A DNA stretch of 64,000 bases. Origin: Carcharhinus amblyrhynchos (lineage: Eukaryota). The stretch is from positions 72,912,001 to 72,976,000 of the forward strand of contig OZ336882.1 of NCBI GenBank assembly GCA_965287045.1. Reading direction: 5' to 3'. Of the stretch, positions 12,150 to 23,505 are shown piece by piece. The notes under the pieces were generated by a model. The model did no database searches. It was not told where the DNA came from and saw nothing but the letters and a program-made list of their open reading frames with translations. The position numbers were made by a program, and so were the translations under genes. Numbering within the stretch: position 1 is the first letter of the stretch; each line of letters starts with the position of its first letter.

Positions 12150-12850
12150 AGTATTTATTGTCCATCATTGGCTGCCCTTCGGAAAGAAGTGAGCAACCAT
12201 CTCGAACCACTGCTGTCCTTGCTGTGTAGATGCACGTGCAGTGCATTTGGGGAGGTGTGGATGGGTGGATTCAGAAAATTTTGATCCAGCGACAGTGAAG
12301 GAACGGTTATCAAGTCAGGTTGGTGAATGAATTGAAGTGCAACCTCCAGCTGCTGGTCTTCCAAGGTATCTGCTGCTCTTGTCCTTCCGGATATCAGTCG
12401 TTGTAGTTTGGAGTGTGCTGGCAAAGGGACCTTGCTGAGTTCCCAGCATGTATCTTGTTGATGGTTCGCAAGACTGTCACTCTGCCGTGTTGGCAGAGGG
12501 ATAGAATGTTTATTCTGGGTAGCAATCAAATAGGCTGCGCCGTCCTGGATGGTGTCAAGCTTCTTGAATATTATTAAAGCTACACTCATCAAGACAATTG
12601 AGGAGTATTCATTCGCACGTCTGACTTGTGTCTTGTTGATTGTGGACTGGCTTAGGGGTTCAGGAGATGACTTACTCGCCACAGTTTTCCCAGCCTTTTG
12701 TGAGCTCTGTTAGTCATAATATTTGTGAGAGTGGTCCAATTGAATTTCTGGTGAATGACAACCCTTAGGATATTGCTAGCGCATCATTCAGTGCCAGTGA
12801 TACCAATGTCGAGAGGCAACGGTTAGATGCTCTCTCATTGGAAATGCGGG
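12150..12850 (-). mobile_element. Non-LTR retrotransposon (CR1/L2 group) 3' portion
   Basis: ORF 12155-12682 contains TINKTQVRRANEYS...KKLDTIQDGAAYLI, a decayed TIYKAQVRSVMEYS...KKLDTIQDKAARLI LINE C-terminus. Confidence 0.75.
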
Positions 12851-14029
12851 GATTTGTGTATTTAATATAGTATTGAATTAAATGTTAACATAATCGTTAC
12901 ATATTGCAGAAAATGATGATCAGATTCTTTGCGATCAATAAATGCAGGTTTGGAAAGAGACTGGTGACTGAGTGCTGAATCAAGTTAATCACAGTTGAGA
13001 AGGAAAACTGCTATCTCCACTTTACTGCACATATTTGAGATGTTTTTAACTAATGGGACAGAATTAGAGAAACACATTTACATGGAGATCATAGAGTTAT
13101 ACAGGACTAATATCACAGAATCAGAGACTGCCAGAACTGTTATAGTGTAGGAGGAGGCTATGCTGACTGCACTCGCTCTCCAAAGGGCATCATGATTGAG
13201 TGCCGTTTCCGTGCATTTTCACCATACCCTTGCACACTGTTTCCATTCGTTTAATCGTTTACTGTCTTCCTGAATGCCTCCTTTGAACTTGCTTCCACTA
13301 CACTTGCAGGCAGAGAACACTCAAACCATTTACCATGTGAGTTTTTTTAATTCACATCACATTTGCTTAATTGGTAAATGACTTTCAATCTGTACCCTCC
13401 TAGTATTTATTCTTTTAATTACTGGACTTTTATTGCTACACGTTGGGTAATTGTGGACTAAGCGAGTTAAGGGAAGAATCATTTATAAGGTATGTTGAGG
13501 GGGACGCCTTTAATTAACATATTGATGAATCGATGGCAAGTGCACAATAATGGATCTGGTGCTGCGGCAGGAAGATAACCAAATAGAACAAGGACCGATG
13601 ACAGAAGAATACGAGGAGCGTCATCATCATATTATAATATTTTGACAAATAATGGAAAGGTGAAACGGACAATTCTAAACTGAAATGGTAAATTTGAAGA
13701 AGGTTAAGTATTGGCGGCGAGAGTGGAAGTAGCCATGGGAAAATGGGACCCTGCATTAACGGTGAAGCACGAGGAGATCAATGGGTAAACTTTCAGAAAA
13801 ATTTGTTTCACGTATTGCCTAGATACATTCGAATTCACAACATTAATGAAGTTCCATAGAACCAATGGCAGTTTTTCTTTCGTTTCGTTGCGTACAACAC
13901 AAAACGTGAGACGTGAGAATGATTCACAATAAATTGAACCCACGTGAGACTCGTCCAACCCTGAGAAACCCCATATGTCTGACTTCTTCCTGCGTTACGA
14001 GCTCGGAGCTGTACAGCTCAATTTATCAA

Positions 14030-15690
14030 ATTGGCATTGGTAGTCATCTTGTTCTGGACAGCTGCTGATAATGCAGCAGCCTGTATCATTTCGAAATGTT
14101 ATCCTCTAGAAAGCAGGCACCATCTCCTGCTTCATTTCTTCGAGCCCTGTTTTTTTTGTTTTTGGTTGAAGCTTTCACAAAATGTCTCTCAGAGCAAATT
14201 GCATCCATTTTAGAAATTCAAGATACATGCTTTAAATGAGAAATACTTATAATACACATGGAGCTGTTTTCTACAGAAACAACCCTTGTCAGTGCTCTCC
14301 ATAGACTAGAATCATTCCTTCTTAATTCAGTGTCATGTTCCTGTTCCTAAACCTATGGGCTTGTGCTTTCTTATCCTAATAGGCCACTTGCATTATTAGC
14401 ACCACTTCCCCCAACCCCACCCCCCACCCTGTCTCCCTCTTACTTGGCCATCGACTAAGCACAAACTAAGAACACTAAATAGATGGTTCTAAGAATCTAA
14501 CTTTAGTCCTCATTAATTCTTTGACTTTTTTTAAGTTTCCCCTTCCTTACCTTCACAGTCGTCACTGACGTTGTAACTTCGGTGGACTTGGAAAGTTACG
14601 CACATCCATGTTTGATTAGGTCCACAATTACTGCTAACACTGAGATCACGATAAAAAAAAATAATCCCTTGAAGGATCGATGTTTCCAGAAGGTCTATCC
14701 ATCTAAGGAAAATGGTGCAGGGCCTTTGAGTTTTCAATCTCTTTCTTGGTGTGCACAAATAGTTTACTTACATTTTCTGAACGGTCTGGTATATAAGTGT
14801 AACATACGGATCCAACTACGGCACAGGTTCTCCCCTTGTTGACGAGAGGCAATCCAATGCAATTTTATGTTGAAGTCCCTCTGTATGGATGACAACCATC
14901 CCATAATTGATACTCACGAAGATGATTTCTCTCCTGACAGCTTGTTCTCAATTTAGTTCAGATTTGTAATCTTTCGCATTGCTTTAACATTCAATAGTGC
15001 TTAAACGTTAATACAAAAGGAGTACTCCTCTCATAGCTCGCAGACGTCTTGGCAGGCGAAGGAGTTTATATCTGTACGATGTTCTTTCTCCTAAAACTTT
15101 CCCCGTGAGGTGAGGTCCCAGATTTGAATCTAAGTGAAGATCCAACCTAGGTATTATCTCATTTCCGAATCAAAGCCACTCTATTGGCTGCAGAATCTTT
15201 GCATGGAAACCAGGTAGACCGATCAATGGCCACCAGTTAATAGGTATTTCCTTGCGCTCTGTGCAAGGGCCCTGTAAACTCCGTCTGTCTATTTCCCCAT
15301 AGTCCTTTAGTCCGTGGTTGCTTTCCAACTTGGACCCTGAAGGGATGACCTGATTCCACTAAGGTGTACTGCAGGTACCTTTGACAATCACGCCACATCT
15401 CCTTGTCATTATACCTGCGGCTCCAGCCTGTGTGTGCTAATCCGTGAAATGCCTCCAATACACGCTTGTGTATTTCTTCTGGGGCCATTATTTTGTCTTC
15501 CCTTCTCCGTACGCCATCTTAACCTCTCTGTCCTCCATGTTTTCCCATTCCTGCTTCTCTTTCTCTGAAAGTGTACCGCCAGAAACCTCTTTTAGTCTCG
15601 CTGTTGGACTCCTGGAAAGGCTTGTGGTTCTCATTCTCCCCATATCACTTTCACCTCTAGCCTCTTCTCCTTTAATCAGATCTTGTTAAT
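14030..15690 (-). mobile_element. Internally deleted endogenous retrovirus relic (integrase + env TM), copy 1
   Basis: ORF 15237-15488 gives the integrase His-His motif (EAFHGLAHTG) then FTGPL..AQGNTY-LVAIDR; at 14875-14775 env TM reads LQHKIALDCL/xGRTCAVVGSVCYTYIPDRSENV (ISD + CX6C[C>Y]), followed by a hydrophobic anchor. LTR not delimited. Confidence 0.8.
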
Positions 15691-15885
15691 GCTCGGCAAA
15701 TACAGCATAACTGTACACAAAATCCCTGCAGTAATCAAACATATCCATTATTTCTCTTTGCCCTTTCTGGTCTTTGCATAAAAAAAAACATTTTTCCGGT
15801 CCTTTAGAATTCGTCGTTTTCCTTTCGAATTCGAGTAAAATAATAACATCTTTGAAACAGCAATCAAATCTTTCAATTTGATTCC

Positions 15886-16149
15886 AGGCAGTTAAGAGTC
15901 AAGGACATTGCTGTGGGTCTGGAGTCACGTCTGGGCCTTTCCAGCGAATCATGGCTGAATTGCTCCCTGGTGAATGAACCAGATTGGCTTATATGACAAT
16001 CGAAAATACTTTTGTATTAATCATGATACTTTTAATTGCAGGCAATAATTTAATTCAAGCTCCACCATGTGCCGTTGTCGGTCGCAAACTGGGCCTTGGG
16101 TCTCTGGATCAGTTGTGCAATGACAATACCAATACACCACTGCTTCTCA
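15886..16149 (-). mobile_element. SacSINE1-like DeuSINE
   Basis: Minus strand reads gagaagcagtggtgtattggtattgtcattgcac...atccagagacccaagg...tctggttcattca...gtgactccagacccacagcaatgtccttgactcttaactgcc, matching the SacSINE1 layout as I recall it. Confidence 0.7.
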
Positions 16150-16317
16150 CTGCTGGTAACAGCCTCCTTTTGCAAACACGATTTTACTTTCTAAAGCTAC
16201 GTTAACTCTGCCCAGTTAGATCGTATTTTCAAAATTTCCAGTTTGTTCCCTATTACTGATGGTTAACAGATCTGTAATTTATTGCTTTCTCTCAACTTGC
16301 TTTCTTATAAATAGATT

Positions 16318-16540
16318 GGTTTTGCTCAGCTGGCTGGGCGTCTGGATTGTGATGCAAATCAACGCCAAAAGTGCAATGCCAATTCCTGTGCTGGCGTAAA
16401 TTAGTTATAAAGACCTAACTTTTCAACCTTGCTCTTTGTCTTAGATGTCGTGATCCTCAGGTTAAATCATCACCAGCGACCAATTATCTTCTCAGGGGAA
16501 ACCAGCCTATGGTCACCTTGGAGTATGGCTATATTGACTG
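16318..16540 (+). mobile_element. tRNA-derived SINE, decayed (related copies at ~20875, ~37495, ~53895, ~61895)
   Basis: gctcagctggctgg...tgtgatgca...caattcc...tcaacctt...atcctcaggttaaatcatcaccag...cagcctatggtc. Confidence 0.5.
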
Positions 16541-17010
16541 AATCTATATTGTATAGACGATCACCAATGCATCCGTCATCTCCACGGCAACTTGTTTGAA
16601 CACTTGGAATGCACATAATCAATTCTGAGGATTTGAAAATTGTAAGCCCCATTTAATTCTCAAGCGCGAATATTTATGCATATGAATTTCCTTCAGTTTT
16701 TTTTCAGTCCTAGGCCACTATGAGTCCACTGGGTCAATATTAATTCCATTATATTTCTCGGATCTCCCCTTCTGAGAGCAGGTTCTCATTCTTTGGGATT
16801 TCACCTGCACCATTATAATTTCTGTTGTCCTTTCCAAGAATGGAGAAACGTTAGCCCTTGCTAATATCTTCCTTCTCATACCTATAGAAGGTTTCACAAT
16901 GAGCAGTTGTGTTGTTCGCCAGTACACTTTTAAATTCCATTCTCTTTCTTGATCAGTTTTTTTTTGGGGGGGGGGGGGCAATTTCGTTGAATTCATTAAC
17001 ACACTGTTGC

Positions 17011-18309
17011 ATTAAAGGGAAGTCGTGTCTGACAAATTTACTGGAGTTCTATGAGGATGTGTCTAGGGCGGTGGATAGAGGAGAGCCGGTGGATGTGGTC
17101 TTTCTTGATTTTCAGAAGGCGTTTGACAAAGTACCTCACAAGAGGTTATTGCAGAAGGTCGAGGGACATGGATTTGGGGGTAGGGTGTTAGCGTGGATAG
17201 AGGATTGGTTGTCAAATAGGAGGCAGAGAGTGGGGGTCAACGGGTGCTATTCGGATTGGCGGATGGTGACTAGTGGAGTGCCCCACGGGTCGGTGCTGGG
17301 GCCTCAGCTATTTACCATTTATATAGATGATCTGGAGGAGGGAACCGAGTGTAGGGTGTCGAAATTTGCTGATGACATCAAGATTGGGGGAACGGCAAAT
17401 TGTGCGGAGGGTGTGGAGAGTCTGCAGAAGGATCTAGATAGGCTGGGCGAATGGGCCAGGAAATGGCAAATGGAATTTAATGTTGGCAAGTGTGAGGTGG
17501 TCCACTTTGGTAGGAAGAATGGTAGGAAGGACTATTACTTACGGGGCGAAAAACTGCAGCAGGCGACGGTGCAGAGGGACCTCGGGGTCCTTGTGCATGA
17601 GTCGCAAAAACCCAGCCTACAGGTGCAGCAGGTGGTCAGGAAGGCGAATGGGATGCTGGCCTTCATAGCGAGGGGGATTGAATATAAAAGTAAGGAGGTC
17701 TTGCTGCAGCTGTATAGGGCATTGGTGAGGCCGCAGCTGGAGTACTGTGTGCAGTTTTGGACGCCGCACCTGCGCAAAGATATTTTGGCCTTGGAGGGAG
17801 TGCAGAGGAGGTTTACTAGGCTGATACCGGAGTTGAGGGGGTTGAGCTATGAGGAGAGGCTGAATAAACTGGGCTTGTACTCGTTAGAGTTTAGAAGAAT
17901 GAGGGGAGATCTCATTGAGACGTATAAAATGATGAATGGGATGGATAGGATAGAGGTGGAGAGACTCTTCCCGCTCAAAAAAGACAGTAGGACTAGGGGG
18001 CACAGCCTCAAGATAAAAGGGGGGGGGGCGGTTTAGAACGGAGTTGAGGAGGAACTTCTTCACTCAAAGGGTGGTGAATCTCTGGAATTCTCTGCCCGTT
18101 GAAGTGGTGGAGGCTGCCTCGCTAAATATTTTTAGGACGCGGGTTGATGGGTTTTTGATAAGAGAGGGGATTAAGGGTTATGGGGGGAGGGCGGGAAAGT
18201 GGAACTGAGCAGCGACAGATCAGCCATGATCTTATTGAATGGCGGGGCAGGCTCGAAGGGCTAGATGGCCTACTCCTGCTCCTATTTCTTATGTTCTTAT
18301 GTTCTTATG
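17011..18309 (+). mobile_element. Young 5'-truncated CR1 LINE (RT C-terminal half, 3' UTR, (TATGTTCT)n tail)
   Basis: Open RT ORF: LDFQKAFDKVPH, SGVPHGSVLGP, SKFADD, LVRPQLEYCVQFW. The frame breaks only in the G10 run at 18019-18028; the remainder (RFRTELRRNFFTQRVVNLWNSLP...KWN*) ends at TGA 18206-18208; tail tatgttcttatgttcttatg. Confidence 0.95.
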
Positions 18310-18645
18310 CAACGCTGATGTGATATTGGAATTTGATGTTGGTAAAAATGAAAACTTGTAAGAATGGTAGAGGGGAAAAATGTTTGCATTGTCCTTGAAA
18401 AAGTTGATGTTCTGTTTCAGTGCTTGGACGTTTAAAATGCAAAGCACATACAGAGTTCATGGTGAATTATTTGTACAAAAATGTTAAGCTGCCGTCTTGA
18501 CAACTTTTATCTGTTATCTGTGTTTAGCCCAGTGAATGAAAAGCAGGCACTCAGCTTCAAGGAATATATGAAACTTGAATTTGATGGTGTTGACAAACTC
18601 AGACCAATTCTGTTGTTAGACAATTGATTGTTATTGCATGGATAC

Positions 18646-19030
18646 ATGGATATAATGTAAACATTTCTGTACTAGTACTGCTTCATTATGCAAGGAGTTG
18701 GGAGAGGATCTCGGAATTGTGCAATCATTTGTAAACCACTTCTGATCTGTTGATGGACAGAAGGTTACTCACTGATAGAGCAGTTGAAGTTAATTGCTCC
18801 GTGGACACAACCCTGAAGAACTTCCGCAGTGATGTCCTGGAAGCAAATTGATTGAAATGCAACCACCTAAACCGCGTTCATTTGTGTCAGGTATGATTCC
18901 TACGAGCAGAAGACTTGACCTTGATTCCCATTGACACCAGTTTTGTTTGTGCTTCTTCAGCCAATACGTGGTCAACCGCTCCCTTGGTGACAAGAGAAGT
19001 CACCCTCAACTGGCTTCTTTGTAACGTCAC
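18646..19030 (-). mobile_element. LINE RT relic carried in every unit (also ~34600-35620, ~51610-51990, ~59625-60020)
   Basis: Minus strand aaaactggtgtcaatgggaatcaagg...atcatacctgacacaaa...ccaggacatcactgcggaagttcttcaggg is a decayed 'KLESMGI...QDITAGVPQG' RT segment. Confidence 0.65.
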
Positions 19031-19304
19031 ATTATTGCCTTTCATACAGGGTGGATCAGGCACTATTAGCAATTCATGGCAGGAAGTAAAAGTAGAATAT
19101 TATGTCCCTTTAATATCCCACATCATAAACGATCCATCAGAAATCAAAAGTAATGTTAAGTTCCACTGCTTCCAATTCCATTGGCTTCCAGTGAACCAGT
19201 AAATTGTATGGAATAATAATTGTGATCCTTTTGGAACTCTCTGTGCCCTGAGTTGCCTTACTGCAATCCTAAAGTACACAGCTTTGTACGTTCTCTGCTT
19301 TTTT

Positions 19305-19587
19305 GGTAGCACAGTTGTTATCACTGAAATCTCACAGCACCAGAGACCCTCGTTGTATTCTTCTTCTGGGCCAGGTTCTCTCCACGCCTGTATGGCTTTC
19401 CTCCGGGTGCTCTAGTTTCCTCCAAGTAGCAATGACATGCTGGTTAGATGCATTGGCGATGTTAAGTTCAGCCTCCCTGTACCTGAAGATGCGCCAGCAT
19501 GTAGCTTCTAGGTGATTTCCACAGTAATGCCGTTGCAATGTTAATGTTAGCCTACTCGTGACACTAATAAATAACCTTAAAACTTTT
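19305..19587 (+). mobile_element. V-SINE carried in every unit (also ~35936-36211, ~52323-52592, ~60341-60624)
   Basis: ggtagcacagttgttatcactg..tctcacagcaccagagacc head; ggctttcctccgggtgctc; tail tgttaatgttagcctactcgtgacactaataaataacc. Confidence 0.75.
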
Positions 19588-21044
19588 CAGGCCTATGCTG
19601 TGACAGAGATTTGCAAATTACTCGCAGCATAGCGCAGTCGCAGACATCTTTCACTCAATTGTACTCCGGCATCAGGAATTCAAAGTAACATAGATTTAGA
19701 CTAACCGTTCGAGTCTGCTTTTACCATTCAAAGATCTCATAACTAATTTGTGCCCAACTCCATAGACACACATATTACAATTCTCCATTCTCTACCTTAC
19801 AAATACATACAGATAAAACCATCCCTCTGGATAACTGATGAAACCTCTAACATTCTTAACCATCTCTCTATAGTTCTTTACATCTGAAGTTTCCGAGGTA
19901 TACCACGCAGGTAGCTGTAAGTTGTCGTTGCCAAAATGAGCACCCAGTATGTGCTGTGCATTCATGTGCTAATACATCACATGGTGTGGTCACCGATCCT
20001 GGGTTGCCTCTTTGATTCCTCAATCAGTTGACCTGCTGCTGTTAGGATACCTGCCCAGGGGATGAGCAGATACAGATGGAGACTTGCTGAGGAGCTGCTC
20101 TGCAAAATGTCGCGGTGAATTATAATCAGAATTCTGTCTCTGGAATGCAGGAGGAGTATTCTTAAAAATCTGGTTTTGTCCATTCCTCGATATCAATAAT
20201 TTAAACACCAGAATTCGAAATTATTTCATTAAATTGGCTCAAATTGTGGTGAAGTTCAATTTGTAAAGATAGAAAGGCTGGAAACAAAATGCATAAAAAA
20301 TTGTGAGTTCCCTATAAAAGCTGATATTTTGTTAAAATACTTGGAGGTTTAAAATGCAAAGCACATCCAAAGTTCAAGTCGAAATATTTGTATGTCAACG
20401 TTAGACAATACTCTTGAATAATAACCTGTTTGTGTTTGAATGTTGTCTAATTGATTTAAAACAGGCACTCAGCTACCGAAAACCTATAAGATTTGAATTT
20501 GATGTTATTGATAAGGGTCGACGAATCCTATTGTAGGAAAGTTGATCGGTCACTGTAGGTGCAAAAGAGATTGCAAGGGGAAGAAAAAAAAACATTTGGC
20601 TGGCAACTGCCATTATTCAAGCCTTGAGGGAGATCAAGCACTGAAATGCCACTTGCCAAGAACAAAGGGTTTTCAGCTCGACACACCTTGCCAGATTCAG
20701 ATATCTCTCAAGTGAACACACAATCTAACCAGTGAAAGGTGCAGCATCATAAATAACTCACAGACAGAAAATTCAACTGAAAAACTTCAGGAGATTCCAA
20801 AGGATACCAAACCTGGTTGCATACTTATTGAGAGTGAGAAAACTATTGTTTTGTTGTTAATGGATGGGCATTGCTTAGCTGAGATGAATGGCAAACTGGC
20901 CCGTAATGTGGAATAACACTAATCAGTGTGGGTTCAGTTCCAATATCGGTGAGGTTATTCAAAAATGATGGCCTTCTCAACCTTCACATTTTCTGGTTGA
21001 GTCACTACCAGCAAGTTGGGAAATATTTTTACAGACATGTTTTG

Positions 21045-21362
21045 TGGTGTGAAGGGCGGAGGTAGAGGGAGAGGGGTGAGTGAAGGGAAGCGGTGTGAAA
21101 GGAGGTAGTAGGGGAGGGAGGGGCAGGGGAGAGGGATGGAAATATGTGGAAGGAGGGGAGGGGGAGAGAAGGGGCATGGGAGTGGAAGGGTGTGGGAGGG
21201 GGAGGAGAGTGTTGAGGGTATGGGGGAGTGAGGGGAGAGTGAGGGGGAGGGTAGGGGATTGAGGGGTGTGAGCAAGGGGGAGAGGATGGTCAGGGGAGGA
21301 AGGAGATAATGTGTGGGTGAGTGGCAGGAGGTTGAGATTAAATCGGGGAAGAGGAAAGTGAA
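21045..21362 (+). repeat. G/A-rich low-complexity tract (also ~37668-37985, ~54062-54385, ~62068-62358)
   Basis: Dense GGG/GGAG runs, almost no C/T on the + strand; length and sequence vary between units. Confidence 0.85.
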
Positions 21363-21989
21363 CATGAGTCTACAATCCGATCATTCACGCTTCTGTATGT
21401 CACAATGTAAGTTCCCCATAATGTTCCAGTAATGTTCCAGTGTGTGAGAATTCTTAGAGAGTACTGGACTGAAATATGCAACTGCGGTGTTGAAAAACAG
21501 AAAATTGTTGATAATGTATTGGTGAATGTCGCAGTGAATGTGTTCATACATTTTCAAAGAGAATAAGAAAGGTGATGCATCCATAAACTATCTGAGAATG
21601 ATATTAAGGAATAATGCCAAGCGTTTGATTTTCCAGCATGGCTAACACGTGGTACTGCAAACCAGCAGACTCAGTTTAGTAAATACTTCGAATCGAACAA
21701 AGATAATTCTGGAAGGGTAGCTTACATAAAAGGTGCTATCAAATTTCAGATTAAAGTGCTGAAGCAGGTAATGTTGAAATCGGTATTTCAGGGTCATAGA
21801 CTCCAGGTGACCATCCAATGACATTGATGCAACTGTCGGTTTGCAGCATTACTTTGAAATAAGGCAGGTTTCCAAATCAGTCCGTATTGCTTACCACTTC
21901 CAGCCCAGCCTCCTCCCAGCTTTCCTTGTCTGATTCTAGTATCACACTCCACATTTTCCTTCTCGCTCACATACCTATGCAACTCCCTC

Positions 21990-22830
21990 CTCATTGCCCA
22001 TTCACCTTAACTAGGCATGGATTGAGAACTGTTTAGCAGACTGAAAACAAAGGGTAGGGACAAATGAATATTTTCGAAGTTACAGGCGGTGATATTGGTG
22101 AGACGACAACGGAAGTGTTGTGTGCAGTTTTGGCCTCATGATCTGAGAAAGGAGTGGAGCTAATTTACAACAGACTGATTTCTGGGGAAGCGTGTTTCCA
22201 GTATGAGATGAGAATGAGTTGAATGTACATGCATTAACTGTAAATTGGAATAATTTGAAAATACAAAAATATCTGATATGTTTGGAAAGATTGGTTGTTG
22301 GGATGCCATTTCGATGGCAGAGTGGGGTGGGGGTCAATAATAAGATGTCACGACTTTCGTGTATTGGTGGGCCATTAACGATTGAGATGAGGAGAAAAGT
22401 CTTCACTCAGAGGGTGATGAGCCTGCGGAATTCTCTACTACAGATGATGGTGGTGGTAAATAAACTGAATATATTAAATAGCAACATGTAGGCAGACAGA
22501 ATAAGTTCAGTAGATTGAAACCAGATAGGGAGGGATTTTCCTATGAGGAGACGTTGGGCAGGTTGTGCCTGTTTAAAAGAATGAGAGACGACCTCATTGA
22601 TGCATATAATACTCACCAACCTTCTTGAGACATATAAGGGGCTTGACAGGATGCATGCTGAAAAAGTTCTCCTTGTGGGACGGTCTTGGAATAGAGGGCA
22701 TTATCTCGACGAAAGCAGTCGTCCGTTTAAGACAAAAATGAGGTGTAATTTCTTCTTCCAGAGAATACTGAATCCATGGAATACTTCAATGCGTGGGCTA
22801 TCGAGGCAGTCTCGTTAAGTATACCCACAG
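21990..22830 (+). mobile_element. Decayed CR1 relics upstream of each array gene (also ~38630-39900, ~55030-56300, ~62860-63680)
   Basis: ggcatggattgagaactgtttagcagac, gtgtgcagttttggc, gagatgaggagaaaagtcttcactcagagggtg motifs. Confidence 0.65.
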
Positions 22831-23285
22831 TTGAAAAAAGGTTCATTGTAAGAGGGCTTCAGTACAGAAAAAAAGAAGATATCTGATTGGAGCTGTCTCT
22901 GGCTTTGATGAAACCACAACAGTGTTAGTGTTTAGTCGCTGCTATTAGCATCGCTATAAGATGAGCAACAGAAATGCCAAACAAACTTCAAAACAATCAC
23001 GTTAGAGTCGCATAACTATCGGCGAAAGCAGCGTTGGGATGTACCAGTCACATTTTTACTGAGTTAGCACCAATAACAGAATCTTTTAATGCCATTGCTG
23101 ACACTTTCAAGCATTTTCCATAAGCTACTTTTTTTTCCCAAAATATCAAACTCACAACCCGAAACACTTCAGCTCCGGGGATTTTGGTGCGTCAAGAGTG
23201 CAGTTCCTCTGAGATTCCAAAACATTCCACTTGGTGACTTCAAAGAGGGTCTGGACCCGGGTGCAATGAGGAAAAAAATACACCT

Positions 23286-23358
23286 TTATTTGTTCAGTTA
23301 CAGTAATTAATCACGTGCAACATTATGTCACTAGCAGGGACTAGAAAGTTACATAAAT
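23286..23358 (+). promoter_or_regulatory. Putative proximal promoter of gene 2 (forkhead, TAATTAAT, E-box, CATAAA)
   Basis: TATTTGT 23287, GTAATTAATC 23303-23312, CACGTG 23312-23317, CATAAAT 23352-23358; ungapped 20/27 match to gene 1 6210-6236. Confidence 0.6.
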
Positions 23359-23435
23359 GGGGCTCATTGACACTTGAGAGATCTACTTTGCGTGGAACAT
23401 AAGAATTCGGAGGGAAATCCCCACCTCTTCATGAA

Positions 23436-23505
23436 ATGGTGCACGCCGCAATCCTGCAAATAAAGGACATTTACTATCCTCTGCTTGCGACCTTTGGTGT
23501 TCCAG
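23436..23505 (+). CDS. GPR139-like GPCR gene 2, exon 1 (MVHAAILQIKDIYYPLLATFGVP+G)
   Basis: gaaATGg Kozak context; IYYPLLATFGVP; donor CCAG|gtaagt at 23505/23506, phase 1. Confidence 0.88.

Noticed and set aside
16909-17010. N-terminal part of the 375-aa ORF as a host gene
   Set aside because: Chance read-through of flanking T/G homopolymers into a 5'-truncated CR1 RT.
18915-19324. Recurrent short ORFs suggesting env SU (WLLCNVT..RRDKER) or a HECT domain
   Set aside because: Partly antisense of a LINE RT relic; stops in all frames; recurrence is explained by the segmental duplication.
20955-21365. Pro/Ser/Leu-rich minus-strand ORFs (also 37630, 53996, 62005)
   Set aside because: Artefacts of the G-rich low-complexity tract; frames are not conserved between units.
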